A stretch of DNA of 63,247 nucleotides, counting the filler, from Psammoneis japonica (lineage: Eukaryota), in the NCBI GenBank assembly GCA_008632985.1. It is 4 parts of 4 records of this genome, joined end to end, with 100 filler letters (N's around TTAATTAATTAA, not from the genome) between each part and the next. Parts side by side here need not be neighbours in the genome. Positions count along the whole stretch, not along the records: positions 1 to 26,410 come from QPGO01000231.1; 3 more parts are not named here. One strand, given 5' to 3'. The translations under genes and the position numbers were made by a program. Shown here piece after piece: positions 11,401 through 24,120 of the stretch; the stretch's first letter is position 1, and the number at the start of each line of letters is the position of its first letter. The notes under the pieces are model-generated. The model saw only the letters and a list, made by a program, of their open reading frames with translations. It searched no databases and was not told where the DNA came from.

Positions 11401-13038
11401 GCAGACCAAGGCAAAATCTCATCCGACAATGATCGAATTCGAGATAACGAAGACCCACCGGAGGTTGTGGATATGGAAGCGAAAGAGTTGGGGATACTCA
11501 ATAGTTTTGCCAAAACGGACGGCACTGTAGTTGACACCGACACCACAGTCTCGAGAGGCGAAATAGAAGCTCCTACTGTTTCCGGCAGAGGCTCACTCGA
11601 CGGTCTCTTTGAACGTGAAGAGGATATTTTTGTAGACACTTACGACGAAACTATCAGCAGAGAGAGGCGAGCCGAGCTTGTTGTTCAAGAGTCACTCTCA
11701 ACTCTAATGCAGGTATCTGTTACAACTAGGCTCGACAACGCGAAGGAGGAGTGGCTTGCTGCATCTCAGGCTCTGTATTCACGTCTTGATAGCAGCACAG
11801 AAGAGATCCACGCCGATGGCACCATTTTCTCTCCGAGTCATGAACGGAAAATGCACGAAGGCATTGAGAAGTTCGAAGAATTTGCTCTCGATGAGTTAGA
11901 AGAATACTGTCAGAAACTCATGTTTAGGATCAAAGACTGTTCTCGAGCTATGCGTGATCTTGATTTATCTACCCAAAGGATTCGTTCTCGTTTGTTGGAT
12001 TATTCCAGTTCCAAAGGAAGCCGATTGTTGCAACAGGAGCAACTTTCCAATATGCTGGATGAGCATATGGCGGAGCTTTCGGGTAATTCGTATCGGCATG
12101 ATGCCCCGGCGTTACATAGAAAGGCTAATGACAGATATGATGGCTCTGATAGCCAGCCAGAATCTCCCTTATTGGTTAAATCAAGCGATGAGGATTTCAT
12201 TCATCAAGAAGAAGACTTCGAAAACGAGCTGCAATCGCTGGAAGAAGATTGGGAAGAATGGAGTCAAGACAGCTTTACTTGGACTCCAGACACTGAAGGA
12301 GGTATTTCATCGTATTCAGGAAACTTTGGGAGAACTGATTATCGCTTGCCCGCTGACGGGTCCTACGGTGGGGAATATATTGACATGGACGAAGAAACTA
12401 TAGACCAGTTTGACATCCGCCTTCGCGAAGAGTATGGTGAGCGCTATGAAACTGATGGGGACGCCATCATGCGCCAGTCTCGCGAAAGAGACAATGGAGC
12501 TCTCATCGCTCAAATGGACGATTCTGGAGTCTGGCAGGATAATCATTCGCCAATAAAATCGTCGTTGGAGTCAGATTTGGAAACCGAAAACAATGGCAAA
12601 AGTGGTGAAACGTCGAAGACCGATAATAAAATATTTGAGTCTACGGTTACCCAGTCGGAACAACCAAGTTACAGGAAGCATCAATCGTCAGAGTTGGTCT
12701 CCCGAACCGCCGAAGATAAGAAGGTGACGAAGATAAATGACGTTGCCGCTGAATACTTCACGAAGACGAAGGAGACCAGCCAAGCAGCAGCTCAACGTCC
12801 TTCTAAGCAGGGAACGAATTCGAAAGGGTCTCGTCCGTTGCCACCAACCTTTGAATATTTCCAAGAGCGCGACAATGACGATAGCACCGTCGATTGCATG
12901 ATTCCAGACGACTACAACAGTAGTGAACTCTTTGATGATGTTGAACCAGACCCGTCCATAACTTCGACCAATTTCCTTTTAGATGACTTCCCATCGCACG
13001 ATGATTTTCTATCGAGAGGCACGGACGGAAACGACTAA
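8426..13038 (+). CDS. dnaG: Bacterial-type DNA primase DnaG, likely plastid-targeted, with long acidic C-terminal extension; 3 exons
   Basis: CHC2 zinc finger CPFHDDHNPS...CFACG; FRNRLVVPI, GFGGRVL, PKYLNSPES; TOPRIM LVEGYMDAISL, ASMGTA, LCLDADQAG and KDPAEF. Introns 9828-9910 (restores frame) and 10731-10830 (needs one extra base, probably in the A-run near 10695). Leader ...LTVGCS-FAP. Confidence 0.88.
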
Positions 13039-13125
13039 TTGACAGTGTACTGTGTGTTAGCTCTTACAAAATAGAAAATCTAGATTTTTGTTACCGATCT
13101 CTTCTTCTGTGATCCTATAAATGAT

Positions 13126-14266
13126 CTATAGTTTGTTTGCTTCGTCCACGTAAGTCTTGACAAGGCTGGGAGCTGATGGTACGCTAGCTCCTCTTGTCAT
13201 AACGCTGGAAGCTCCTACGCCGCATCCGAAAACCAGTCCTTCCCGAATCGCATCATCAGGCCACATCAGCTCGTGTCTAATGTCATTTTTGGACCTCCAG
13301 CTCCAAATACCATAAAGGAATCCAGCAGCAAAAGCATCGCCAGCTCCTGTTGGATCGATAGGGTTATCAACGAAGGGTGCATCCTGCCTCTGCAGAATCG
13401 TCTTGCCACGAAATGCTAAAGCTCCTCTTGCCCCTAATGTGACGATAACACACACATTAGGACCTTTAGAGTCAAAGAAGTCGGTCCAATCCAAAATGCT
13501 ATGAGCAGAGTTGCTGTCAGTAGCTTGTCGGTTGCATCTCACAATTTGACTGACTTCCGTTTCACTGAGAATTAAGAAATCTAATAGCGGAAAGAGTTCC
13601 AGTATCTTGCCATCCCATTTTCCAGTAGCGTCGAACTGGGGGACCAAAGAAATTGCGGTTTTTAATCCACAAGTTTCTCGTTTTCTAACAACCTCCTCAA
13701 GTGTCGCTTTTAGAGCCCCCCAGAAACACGGGATGTTGTAGTAGCCAGCAATGTGAATGTGACACTCTTGTTCAGGATTCGTTACCACAGGTCCGACTAG
13801 TTCTTGCACATCTATTTGAGATGCTCTGAATACCTCCACACAACCTCGATGAGTCATAAACGTTCGCTCTCCGCCACTCACGATGACAATGCAGTGTCCG
13901 GTTGAAGCATTCGAACCAGGAGTAAAGCAATTCGTCATGTGAAAGTCGTGTGTTTTAGCATGATTCATTATCAGGCGTCCATAATCATCACTTGGATTTA
14001 CTACCGTCTGTAGATTGACGGAAAATACAGCTTCCTGTGACTTCGTTCTTTTCTCGCTTGTGTTGGTGACGAGACTCGCCAAGTGGGTTGAAGTGTTGAC
14101 AGCAGATTGAAGATCCACCAGCCATCAGACCGACTGGCTTTTCCAAAAGAGCATCGCCTCCGCGCTCCGGAAAATCACGTTCTAGAAAACAAAAGATATC
14201 GACAAATGCGTCACCCAGGATGTTGAAAGACACGTTTGCGTGTGGTGGATGCTCGCTTGACGCCAT
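13126..14266 (-). CDS. PfkB/ribokinase-family carbohydrate kinase (frameshift near 14105)
   Basis: N-terminal LGDAFVD and AGGS..VNT motifs, GERTF, VIVTLGARGA and the PfkB signature DPTGAGDAFAAGFLYG. The two ORFs are separated by a small indel at ~14102-14112. Confidence 0.85.
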
Positions 14267-14441
14267 GGCCAGTCAGTTGGTCTGATGCAACAAACTTTAT
14301 GTTCTATGTAGATGGGAAAAGATGTTGGAACCCGGATTTATGCAAATGTCGTGAGACAGCACTTCACATCATCATGCAGGTTTGCATTTTCAGGACCCGC
14401 ACAGAACGGTGTGGCCTCCGCCAGCAGTTTGACACAAAGTT

Positions 14442-17400
14442 CTAGTAGATGCAAAATAGACGCAAGAGAGTGAGGAGTCACATCTCCTCATTCTCTTGTG
14501 GAAACCTAAAAGCAATCGAAAGATTTGTTGGTGTTTGTGCATGCTCCTCGAGTGCAGACTTTTGCTTCAAGGGCAGGGTCTGGTGAGGCAGGCACCAGAC
14601 GTGGTGCTCTCGACACTCTGACATTTCCACAAGAGAAACGACTCATTTTACATGTCTCATGTCAGATCAGTCAGCACAGCAGTTGATTGAAGGACCACAA
14701 ATCTGACTGACAATGACTGAGCACTGGAGCAGACAACATCAGGCAACAAAAGGCCTGTGTGTGACACGGAAGAGCAGGCGGGTCAAGCAGCAGCAGCAGG
14801 ATGGCGGCACACACCTTGGAGCCCACTGAAGATCACAAATCACCTGTCCAACACTCACTTTGTCAACATGTTGTGACCCATGCCCAACAGTTTTTTTGTC
14901 AGGGGCTGTGCTTGACAGGCGGGAACTTTCGGCGCAGTGATTTTTGTGTGGCTTTGCGCCATCTTGTCATGATGGACAGTGAATTCAGGCCAATGAGCAC
15001 TTCACATGCCAAGACCTGGTTGTGATCCAATTTGAGGGGGTGACAGCAATTTGCCCAAGCAGCATTGCAAAAGGTGTTGTGAGAGTTGTTTCAAGAAATG
15101 AACATGTGCTGTGTGCCACAGGAGTGAGTCCCCACATTTGCTCCACTTGTGGCCTGCTGGACACAGCAACTGCTTCCCAGCCACTCAACCTCCTGTTGCC
15201 ATCATGCCACAAATGCTTGCCAAAACCATGCATCAATCTGTTGACCCATTGCACATTGCAGCAGTCACCTCTTTCCTTTGCCATTGCATTTGGTGTCCTG
15301 CTCCCACTCTTCCATGGACAAGCAGACTGAGAGCTCCAAACACTCACCCAAATTGTTTGCAGCTTCTGCATTGGACAGCTGCCCAGAGAGTGTGCACATG
15401 CTTGATGACAATGTCACCTCCCTTCAACAACAAGCTCCCCATGACATGTGAGTCCTCCAAAAGTCAAGAACATGTCAGATTGTTCCAAGCTGGACCTGCT
15501 CAACCAATCTGGATGTGATGCCTCCAATGGACAATGACATGGTGGGAAAAACAAACCATGGTGCAGAGAGGACAACAAGTTCAGGGCATGCACTAAACTC
15601 AAGCACTCGGCATGCAACATTGCTGCCAAAACAAGGACACCTTCCTCAAGACCACCCAGGCCATCGCTGAGCACAACATTGGTTGGGAGCATGATGATGT
15701 GGGTGTGATGACAACTGGCATGGCAGAGTTGAGACTCCCAGCCCTCATGCCCCCCCCACAACACAGTTGCAACGGCCACCATGGCTGAGAAGGCAGAGCA
15801 TTAGAAGGTTGCCCTCAGAATCCACCATGGAGTCCACCATGATGACAGCATCAAGATGCACCACACCAACTTTTCCAATTAATTTGCCTTGACTCTTGGG
15901 CAGTGCTCACAAGACCTGTGAAACAGGGCAAAATCATGTCCAGACTGGGCCACTGTTAAAACAAAAATTCAGATTTGACAGCACTCCCACGTGCCTCATT
16001 TAAACTCATTGCATGGCACAATGCCAGACAAGGCATTGCCCAGAGCACACCATCATTGAGACAGAGACTGCCACACTGTCATTCAAACTGGGCAGACCGT
16101 GTCAACCAGCAAATGTTTTTGGAAAAGTTTGAAGACTCAGAGATTCTTGGTGGCAAGACTGGGCATCAGGAACTGTGAGTCACCATTGGCACCATCTCTG
16201 GCAGATGTGGCAGCAGATGCTGACATGCCCACAAATGTTGAGCAGGACCAAGCCTGCCAACAGGTTCTCAATCAACAGCAAGAACAAGTGCAGCATGGCA
16301 ACCCAGCATGCGGCATTAAGAACAAGAATGCCAGTGGTGCTGACAAACATCCTGCAGCTTTTGATGTGGCCTGTGACTTCCAAGCAAGTTTCAACAAAGC
16401 CCCACATCAGCTGGCGCCAGCACCCCATGTCAATCAGCAAGAATTGACCTTCACCACAGATGGCAACAGGGCTGGATGTGGCAGTGGACACAGGAGCAGT
16501 GGTTGAGGATGCAGTGGTCATGGGGATGGACACAGGATCAGATCCAAGGAAGACACCCTCTGAGGCAACTCAAATGCCCATGCTGATCAACCAGCACCCA
16601 GTGTGGCAGATGGTGCCACGGACAAGACACAAGACTCAGGATGATCAAGGCAGGAGGGGTCCAATTCCCACTGGACAGCTCCTCCTGTGACCCCCCAGAA
16701 AACTCCATTGAAGGCCACTTGCTTGATCTAGATGAATGCTGCCAACTGCACTTGGGTCAATGACCCTGAAGATTCAAAGGCTGAAGACCTCACAGTGACT
16801 CAACAGCTGCTCCACAGTGTGTCTGGCATCAAACAAGAAGCCACTCCACAGCGCACATGCTGTCCCTGTGATGCACAAGGACTCTGCATGTGCACATGTT
16901 TGCAAACCAAGCGGATGCTGTCAAGAGTGAGTGCAGCAAGCATGCAGTGCAGGATGCTGCCATTGCTGGAAGAGCAATGGACATCATCGTGCACCTGAGT
17001 GACCAGACCCACAACAAGATCATCCAGTCAAACAGACTCTTCAATTGATCAGTCCCAACATTGCTTTGCTCAAGGGCAAGACTCCTCATCAACAAGGCAT
17101 GCGCATGTGTCTGGGGCTGCAGAGCCCATTTGCTGGTCTGTCACTGAGTGCAATCCTGAACCCAGCCCCCCCCCCCCCCCCCCCCCATGTGATGTCATTT
17201 TGTCAACAAGCTCGCGTTCTAGATCATGTTGTGCAAATTCCTCAAGTTTGGAATGGCGGTCAACCTGCCAAATGGACAACTGTTGCAAGATTTTTCTCTG
17301 CGGGGTCCAGTGATGTGAAAAACTGCTGGCAACAAAGACACCAGTGTGCAGGAGGCACTTCTAGCAGCTGCCACGTCATTGGATGCTTGTGGCTAATGTT

Positions 17401-17750
17401 CTTGAATCGTTTGCAGTTGCAATCACCCACCTGGCATGGAATGCCAGCTGCGCACGTGCTCGCAGTTGTTTTGTGTTGGCATTGAAAATGTCTTCCCAGA
17501 GAGCATGCACACAGTCTATCTGGAGATGTCTCGGGACAACCTCATGCATCAATCTCGAGGGACAAGAAAGCAGTTGAAGCTCAGCCACCACATGCTCTTG
17601 ATGCCAGCACCTCACATTCACAGATGAACGTTTCAAGAGCCACCTTTTGGCTGAAGTGCTTCAAGCCCGCACGAGCATGTCCACGAGTGGCAACGTTGGA
17701 CAAGCGTCACAAGTTTCCAGAATGGTGAATCAAGTTGGACAGTCCATGTG
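14442..17750. mobile_element. CpG/TpA-eroded repeat block containing a degenerate Copia-type gag relic (+ strand, ~15750-16700)
   Basis: 15883-15960 reads FALTLGQCSQDL*NRAKSCPDWATVK, resembling the diatom Copia gag LGQCS..LR......PDW motif. Later GADKHPAAFDVACD resembles the D.YP.....AY motif and is followed by a Gly/Arg-rich stretch. Family assignment is from recalled motifs. Confidence 0.6.
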
Positions 17751-18299
17751 CGACAGCCCATTACGTGATGGATTCCATTGCCATGAATGTTGAGTCGTCC
17801 TTGCCGCCATCAGATTGCCAGATTGTGGAATGGCCAAGTTCTGTCATCGGCAATGTTCAACTCCAGTGGCCCACTCAGCCACCCCCTCTTATTTTCGCGC
17901 AGTTCAGAAAAAAATCTTACATGTGCATCCCTCAGTCACCACGAACACAGCTTGCATTATCGTTGAAGAGAATGCTGATCGTATGAGCGGTTCTTGGTTG
18001 AGAGAAACATGAATCAATCGAAATAAATTTTCGCCCGCCCATCCACCACATCGGCCCGCCCAGCCATCGCCCGCGCGCTTCGGGTTGTTTCAAAGTGTCT
18101 CCTTCAGTCACGAATAACGGTATATTTCATTGCTTAAATGTTGTTTTTGGCGATCGGACATTTTGGCAACAGTTGTCTGGTATGATATTCTCGCACATTT
18201 CTACGATGAACCCGATGTCACAAAAAATCAAACCCACCGGTTTCAAACAAGATCTCTTTACGCAAAAACCACACAATCTCATGATGCTTTCAATCACGT

Positions 18300-20101
18300 C
18301 CACAATGTCCAAACAAACAATGAGATACAACCTTTCTTCCCGCACCGTTCCAATGGAGAGCATGGGGCGTGCTCGCATGAGCGTCGGCGACAAACGCAGC
18401 AGGCTGTTGACCGAAGACGAGGTTTCCCGCGACATGAAGCTTCGACAAGCGGACGTCCTTCGAACGTCTCCAATGGCAGTCATCGGTTCAGTTGAGCGTC
18501 ATTCTAAGCAAACACGATACCTCCGATGTGTGCTTGCTAGACGAATTGACAAGCATTAATGCATCCTCAACAACATCCGAGCATGAATCACGACAAGGCA
18601 TTTCGAAACCATCTCGTCTGGAAGTTCAGCCGAGCTTTCAGACTGGTCACCGATATACTTGGGTTCAGACGAATCGTCATCGCTACTCCGATGTTACAAT
18701 GAGCACTCTCAGCACGATCACTTTGCAAGTGTTGTGCAACAGATTGCCAGCCAGTCTTCAAGCGAATGCCTGTTCATCGATCCGAGTTCTGGTCACAAGA
18801 GGAGGTTGCGGCACACATACAGTACGGATCTTGGTTCACCAAACGTCGTCGGACTTCCTACAAGCAAGATGATGAGGTCGTTCTTGTTCGTTCCAGTCAC
18901 GAGGAGACTTGTGACAACGGAAACAGTCATCTGGCATTCGGCTGGGGTCGCCCAAAGCCTTGCTCGTGTGTGAACCACACTTGCTTTCCTCGCACGCGTC
19001 GAGACCTCCGCCAAAAGACTATCCGCGCCCCAAGAAAATGTCGCATGGACGAGCACTCAAAGCCTGATCATTTATTGTACCTCATGGAGAAGTTACCTGT
19101 TCAAGGATCTTCGAATGAACGTTTCATCGACGCCTTCTCCGGCGAAAAAAGGAAGTATCAGCACAGAGTGTTGGGTTCTCGGAAACGGCGCCTAATCACA
19201 CGTGATCAAGATGACGTATGCGGTGGTATTGGCCTCAGCGCTAGTCCTGAGGAGAGAAGTCAGAGAGTAAGTCATTTTATCATTTGTATTATCACTCCTT
19301 TTCATTGACAATTGACTAAAACCTATTTCTACTTCTACTTTACTCTCTACAATCACAGCTTGCACCTGATACATCAATTCAACACGAGACATCTTCCATT
19401 GCGTCTGTTGCAGCAGAGAATCCTCTCGATGCGATTCTTTTAGATGATGATCACGTCCAAGAGGTGACGGTTCCTGCAGTGGCGAGTACGGTGCAAGATG
19501 ACCCTTCCGATTTCGATGCGTTTGGTCCAGATCAACACAATGACTTGCATGAAGTGTTGATTGTGAACAACAATTGGAAGGGTCTTGCTTACCTGCTTCG
19601 GACAAGGATGGTCCCTTCCACAACATGGCATCAGCAATGGCGGTGCCTTCGGCGTGCGAGGTTCCGTCTGACGATGAGGCTTCCGTTCCAAACCAACACA
19701 ATGGCGTGCCTGAAGCCTTGGGAGAAGATCGAGAAGAAGAAGGGTATGTCGAAGTGCGGGAATCCCTCACTACGGATCACCGTGCTTTTGACAGCGACGA
19801 TCCTATCCACGAGACGGCGTCAGCAGTGGTGGCACCTTCGTCACAAGAGATCCCTTCCGACGAAGGCAATGAGCGCATTCCAGACCAGCACGTTGGTGGA
19901 GACGGGTTGATGGTGGAGACGGAACAGGCAGAAGATCAGCACGCTATTTCACCTGCATCCCTCATTACGGATTCCGTCATTCCAAGGCGGTCTGCTCGGC
20001 TTAGAGAAGCTTTGGGAAGCGTGCATGTCCTCTCTGCTGATGGGAGAACTGTTCGAAGGTCCGCTAGAATCTTGAACCGGCGACATGGCACCGTGGGGTA
20101 G
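18300..20101 (+). pseudogene. Frameshifted/fragmented low-complexity ORF(s) with an internal ~55-aa repeat and a C-terminal RRSARL doublet
   Basis: Repeat HSQHDH...FIDPSSGHKRR...LGSP vs HSKPDH...FIDAFSGEKRK...LGSRKRR. Acidic ORF 19574-20101 ends PRRSARLREALGSV...GRTVRRSARIL. No recognisable domain. Confidence 0.4.
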
Positions 20102-20702
20102 TTCGAGTGCTTGAGGGAACGAAGAAATGCATGGGAAGAGAGAAAAGTGGTAATTGAAGATAGAAAGACAGGAGCGGGAGTTAGAGAAAGGGAGTGGAGT
20201 ATTTAGAAAAGAGAGAAAAGGAATCGGGAAATGGCGAGGCGGGACGAAGACTGGGTTCGGAAAGGACTGTAGGCAGCAACACTCACACTTGCTTTTGTTT
20301 GCTTTGCCAGTTCCAAAGGGAAGAATTGAGTCTGGCGGCGGGTTTTCTGACCACATGCTGGATCCGTGTGTATGAATCATCGTGGTGCAGTTGCTTTTGT
20401 GATCGTGTCGATCGGCAAGTTTCGGGTCTATCGAGTGCAGAATCTTCGTGGCGCCTGCAGTTCGGCACATATTACGCACAACACGTACCTTTACATTCAA
20501 CATTATGGATTCAGCTTTGTGGGGGATTGAAAACTCAATGCCCGATTCGATGATTCCTTTTTGGGCCTGAACAAGCACCATTGGCCGTGGACAGTGTGGT
20601 GCTTGCACCGTAGACGGATTCAGCATTGGTTTTGCGTGAAGTACTTAATGACTTTGAATAACTCTACTAGTCGGGAAGTTTTCTGTTGTGGTTTCAAGTA
20701 CT

Positions 20703-21389
20703 CTGTGAATGTGTTAGGATGTTAGGCACATGGCGAGTTTTGAAGCTAACTGTTTTTCCAAATACATGATGAAAGCTCGTACCTTTATACTCATTCTGTA
20801 GGGTTTGTTTATTCAGCGTGTAGTCCAACAAGCATCAACTTTGTCCAACAGTTCTCGCCTTTTGTAGTTTATGTGGTTCGATCTTATTGGTCGCTGCTCC
20901 CACCTACTGCATCGAAATTGACGAGAGTCGGGAACCCTTTGCAAATTAACACTAACGACTCTTCAGAGGGAGATCAATCGTCTTGACCGCAGAGATAGCA
21001 TGCAATGAGACTGGTAGCGATTAGTGGCGTATGGCTGCGGATAATCTGTGTGAATGTGTTATGAAATTAGGCATATGGCGACTTTGAAGCTAATCGTTTT
21101 TCAAATACATGATGAAAGCTCGTACCTTTACACTCATTCTGTAGGGTCTGTTCATTTAGCGTGTTGTCCAACAAGCATCAACTTTGTCCAACAGTTCTCG
21201 CCTTTTGCAATTTTGGTAGTGCGATCTTATTGGTCACTGCTCCTGCCTACTGCATCGTAATTGACGAGAGTCGGGAATCCTTGGCAATTAACACTCACGA
21301 CTCTTCAGAGGGAGATCAATCGTCTTGACCGCAGAGACAGCATGTAATGAGACAGGTAGCGATAAGTGGCGTATGGCTGCGGACAATCT
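20703..21389 (+). repeat. Direct tandem duplication, two ~344-bp units
   Basis: Unit 1 ~20703-21047 and unit 2 ~21046-21389 share e.g. aaatacatgatgaaagctcgtaccttta, ccaacaagcatcaactttgtccaacagttctcgcctttt and gatcaatcgtcttgaccgcagaga. Confidence 0.92.
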
Positions 21390-24120
21390 CCAAAAAAATT
21401 GAAGCCCATCGAAAGCACCTTCTCCGTCTAGCCATTAGTTGTAGGTGAACCGTGATGGATATCCTTTAATGACATTGACAATACCGTCAGATCTACAGCC
21501 TCTCGCTCGCTCGAGAGAAGCTATGAGAGCTGCGTGCTGCTTGTTGTGCCCACGTTACGTCGGAATGAATTGCAGTGCTGTCCGTTCCTGTTAAGTGTGC
21601 ACCATCACGGTGACGCCCAGACTGGAAGAGCTTGTTCAGCATCGTTCGTGTAAAAACCCGAGATTCCTTTTCTAGGTATGTGCCGGGTGCTAAGTACTAA
21701 GTCTCATCAGAGAAATCTGGTTGCGGACGGCATGACACTGTTTTATTGTGATGGAACTCAGATTGGGAGGAAGTGATATGGATCGAACTAGACGTCTACT
21801 GGAGGCTCTGGACGTGAGCTTGACACCACCCATCCGTTGAAAACAATCATTTACAGCCGCAGTACAGAGTACAGGGCGCTCCATCAAACGAGCGTTCCTG
21901 AAGCGTGCCAGATGATTCCAACGAGAAAAGTCATCTGTTCTACTATCAGGGGATACAGAACCAACTGTAAGGGACCGTATCCGTCGAGAGGCACAAGAAT
22001 TGGCTCAGTCGGTCAAACGCAAAGTGCCGGTGCCGGATGCATGGCGACTTGAGTCGAGACGTCAGGTCAACGAGGGTGGTTTCGTCGTCAATTGCATCGA
22101 CAAAGGGCACACTCATGAAGCCACTTTTGAATGCTGTAGTATCAGAGCACTCAACTCATCCCTTTGTTGGTGTATGGTGTGTTTGCTTGTGGTTCAAATA
22201 TACCGTATTGCTTCTTCTGCCCTTGGAAGCGACGACATCATTGTTGCGCTGTTTTTTGTTGTTGCGTTATGTTTGGCGGAGGGAAGGAAATCTTGGAGTT
22301 CGGAGCTCGTATGCTTTGATGAATTTGGCCTACGTCATTAGGGTTCGCACACTATACACAAAATGTGATAGTGAAAAAACCCGTTGGTTTTCCCGCCACA
22401 TTTTCAAAAAAATTTGAAACGGCAAGCCCGGGCGGGACACGTGAAATCCGAATCACTTTGCTCATTGTTGCACGAAGCACACAAAAATCGCCATTCGACC
22501 TTTGAAACACATCGTTGTCTGTATTGCCATGGTTGCATCATATCTCTGCTAAAGGTGAGTCGATCGTCTCGTTCTCGTTGCGAATTAGATCTGCTGGAGT
22601 TAAGTCATTGAATGTCGTCCGCACACGATTACCATGTAGACCTGAAGGCTTGGGTCCTTGACGGTTTTCCTCTGTGCGTTTGATTGCGTATATCTTTGGA
22701 AGTCGGTTCGAGGCGAAATGACGATTGCCTGTCAAAGTAGTCCGTGGTTCCGACGGAGATACACCACGATTGCCAGCAAACTCGCTTCTTGCGTGTGCGC
22801 TGAATGCTTGTAAACGTCCAATACGGCAGTAACCGGTGCCAACCAATGCACTTTTTNNNNNNNNNNNNNNNNNNNNNNNNNNNNNNNNNNNNNNNNNNNN
22901 NNNNNNNNNNNNNNNNNNNNNNNNNNNNNNNNNNNNNNNNNNNNNNNNNNNNNNNNNNNNNNNNNNNNNNNNNNNNNNNNNNNNNNNNNNNNNNNNNNNN
23001 NNNNNNNNNNNNNNNNNNNNNNNNNNNNNNNNNNNNNNNNNNNNNNNNNNNNNNNNNNNNNNNNNNNNNNNNNNNNNNNNNNNNNNNNNNNNNNNNNNNN
23101 NNNNNNNNNNNNNNNNNNNNNNNNNNNNNNNNNNNNNNNNNNNNNNNNNNNNNNNNNNNNNNNNNNNNNNNNNNNNNNNNNNNNNNNNNNNNNNNNNNNN
23201 NNNNNNNNNNNNNNNNNNNNNNNNNNNNNNNNNNNNNAGCAACAAGAAGTAGCTATATTATCTGCAGTCGCATCTACGGTTGCTAGCGATGTTGTCAGGA
23301 CAGTGGCGTTCTCAAGGCTCATTATTCCTCGAGCTCCTTCACGTATCTGTCATTCGTTTCACTGGATTGAGACGTGATACCGAAAGCACATCGTACCTCC
23401 AATCTTCACGTAATCCACGCAGTGGATGGCGTTCTTACGCAACAGGCGCGTCTCTGGCCCTTAGCGGTTGACGTGTTCCCCGAGAAACGTCCTTCTCCTG
23501 ACACAGTTACAAATGACGCGACTCCCTGAGCCTTGGTGGTTACTTTCGTTTGAAACTAGATAATAACCATCCATTTTATGTAAAAGCGGTTCTGTGTTGC
23601 GAGCAGTCGACCCAAGTGCGTTCTCCAAGACACAGCAGTCACTTTGATCAATTTCACTAAGCACTCGCATTATCACGGCCGCCACCCCAATCCCATTCAC
23701 CGTGATCGCCCCTTCTTCTCGTGGCTCCTTGCATAACAAACAGATCGTTTTCAAATTGCAGAGGGCTGCACCATTTGCTGCGTAGGTAAAAGACGCTATA
23801 CAACGAAGGAGGCGATGCGGTGGACGTAGCGAAGCACTGCCTCCCTCGTTTGAGCTATCAACCTTATACTGTAACTTGACTGGCGAGCAATGCTACAACC
23901 CCTTTTTGCACTTCGGACACTAGACCGATTTAAATGCATCTTCTAGCTACAAGCATTTCAAACGGTTTAACATACTTGCAAGAATCCCGATTCTACCATA
24001 GAGAAGTTGTATTCATACAACATGCAGTAAACCTTTTAGCTATTTAGTAGTCTACAACAAGAAAAAATACAATGTTGAGTGTGTGAGAGAGAGATGTAAT
24101 AAACGAGTCAGATTGAGTTC

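Noticed and set aside
22538..23322. Long ORFs spanning N-runs (also 45014-46386 and 60911-63235)
   Set aside because: Open only because N codons contain no stops.
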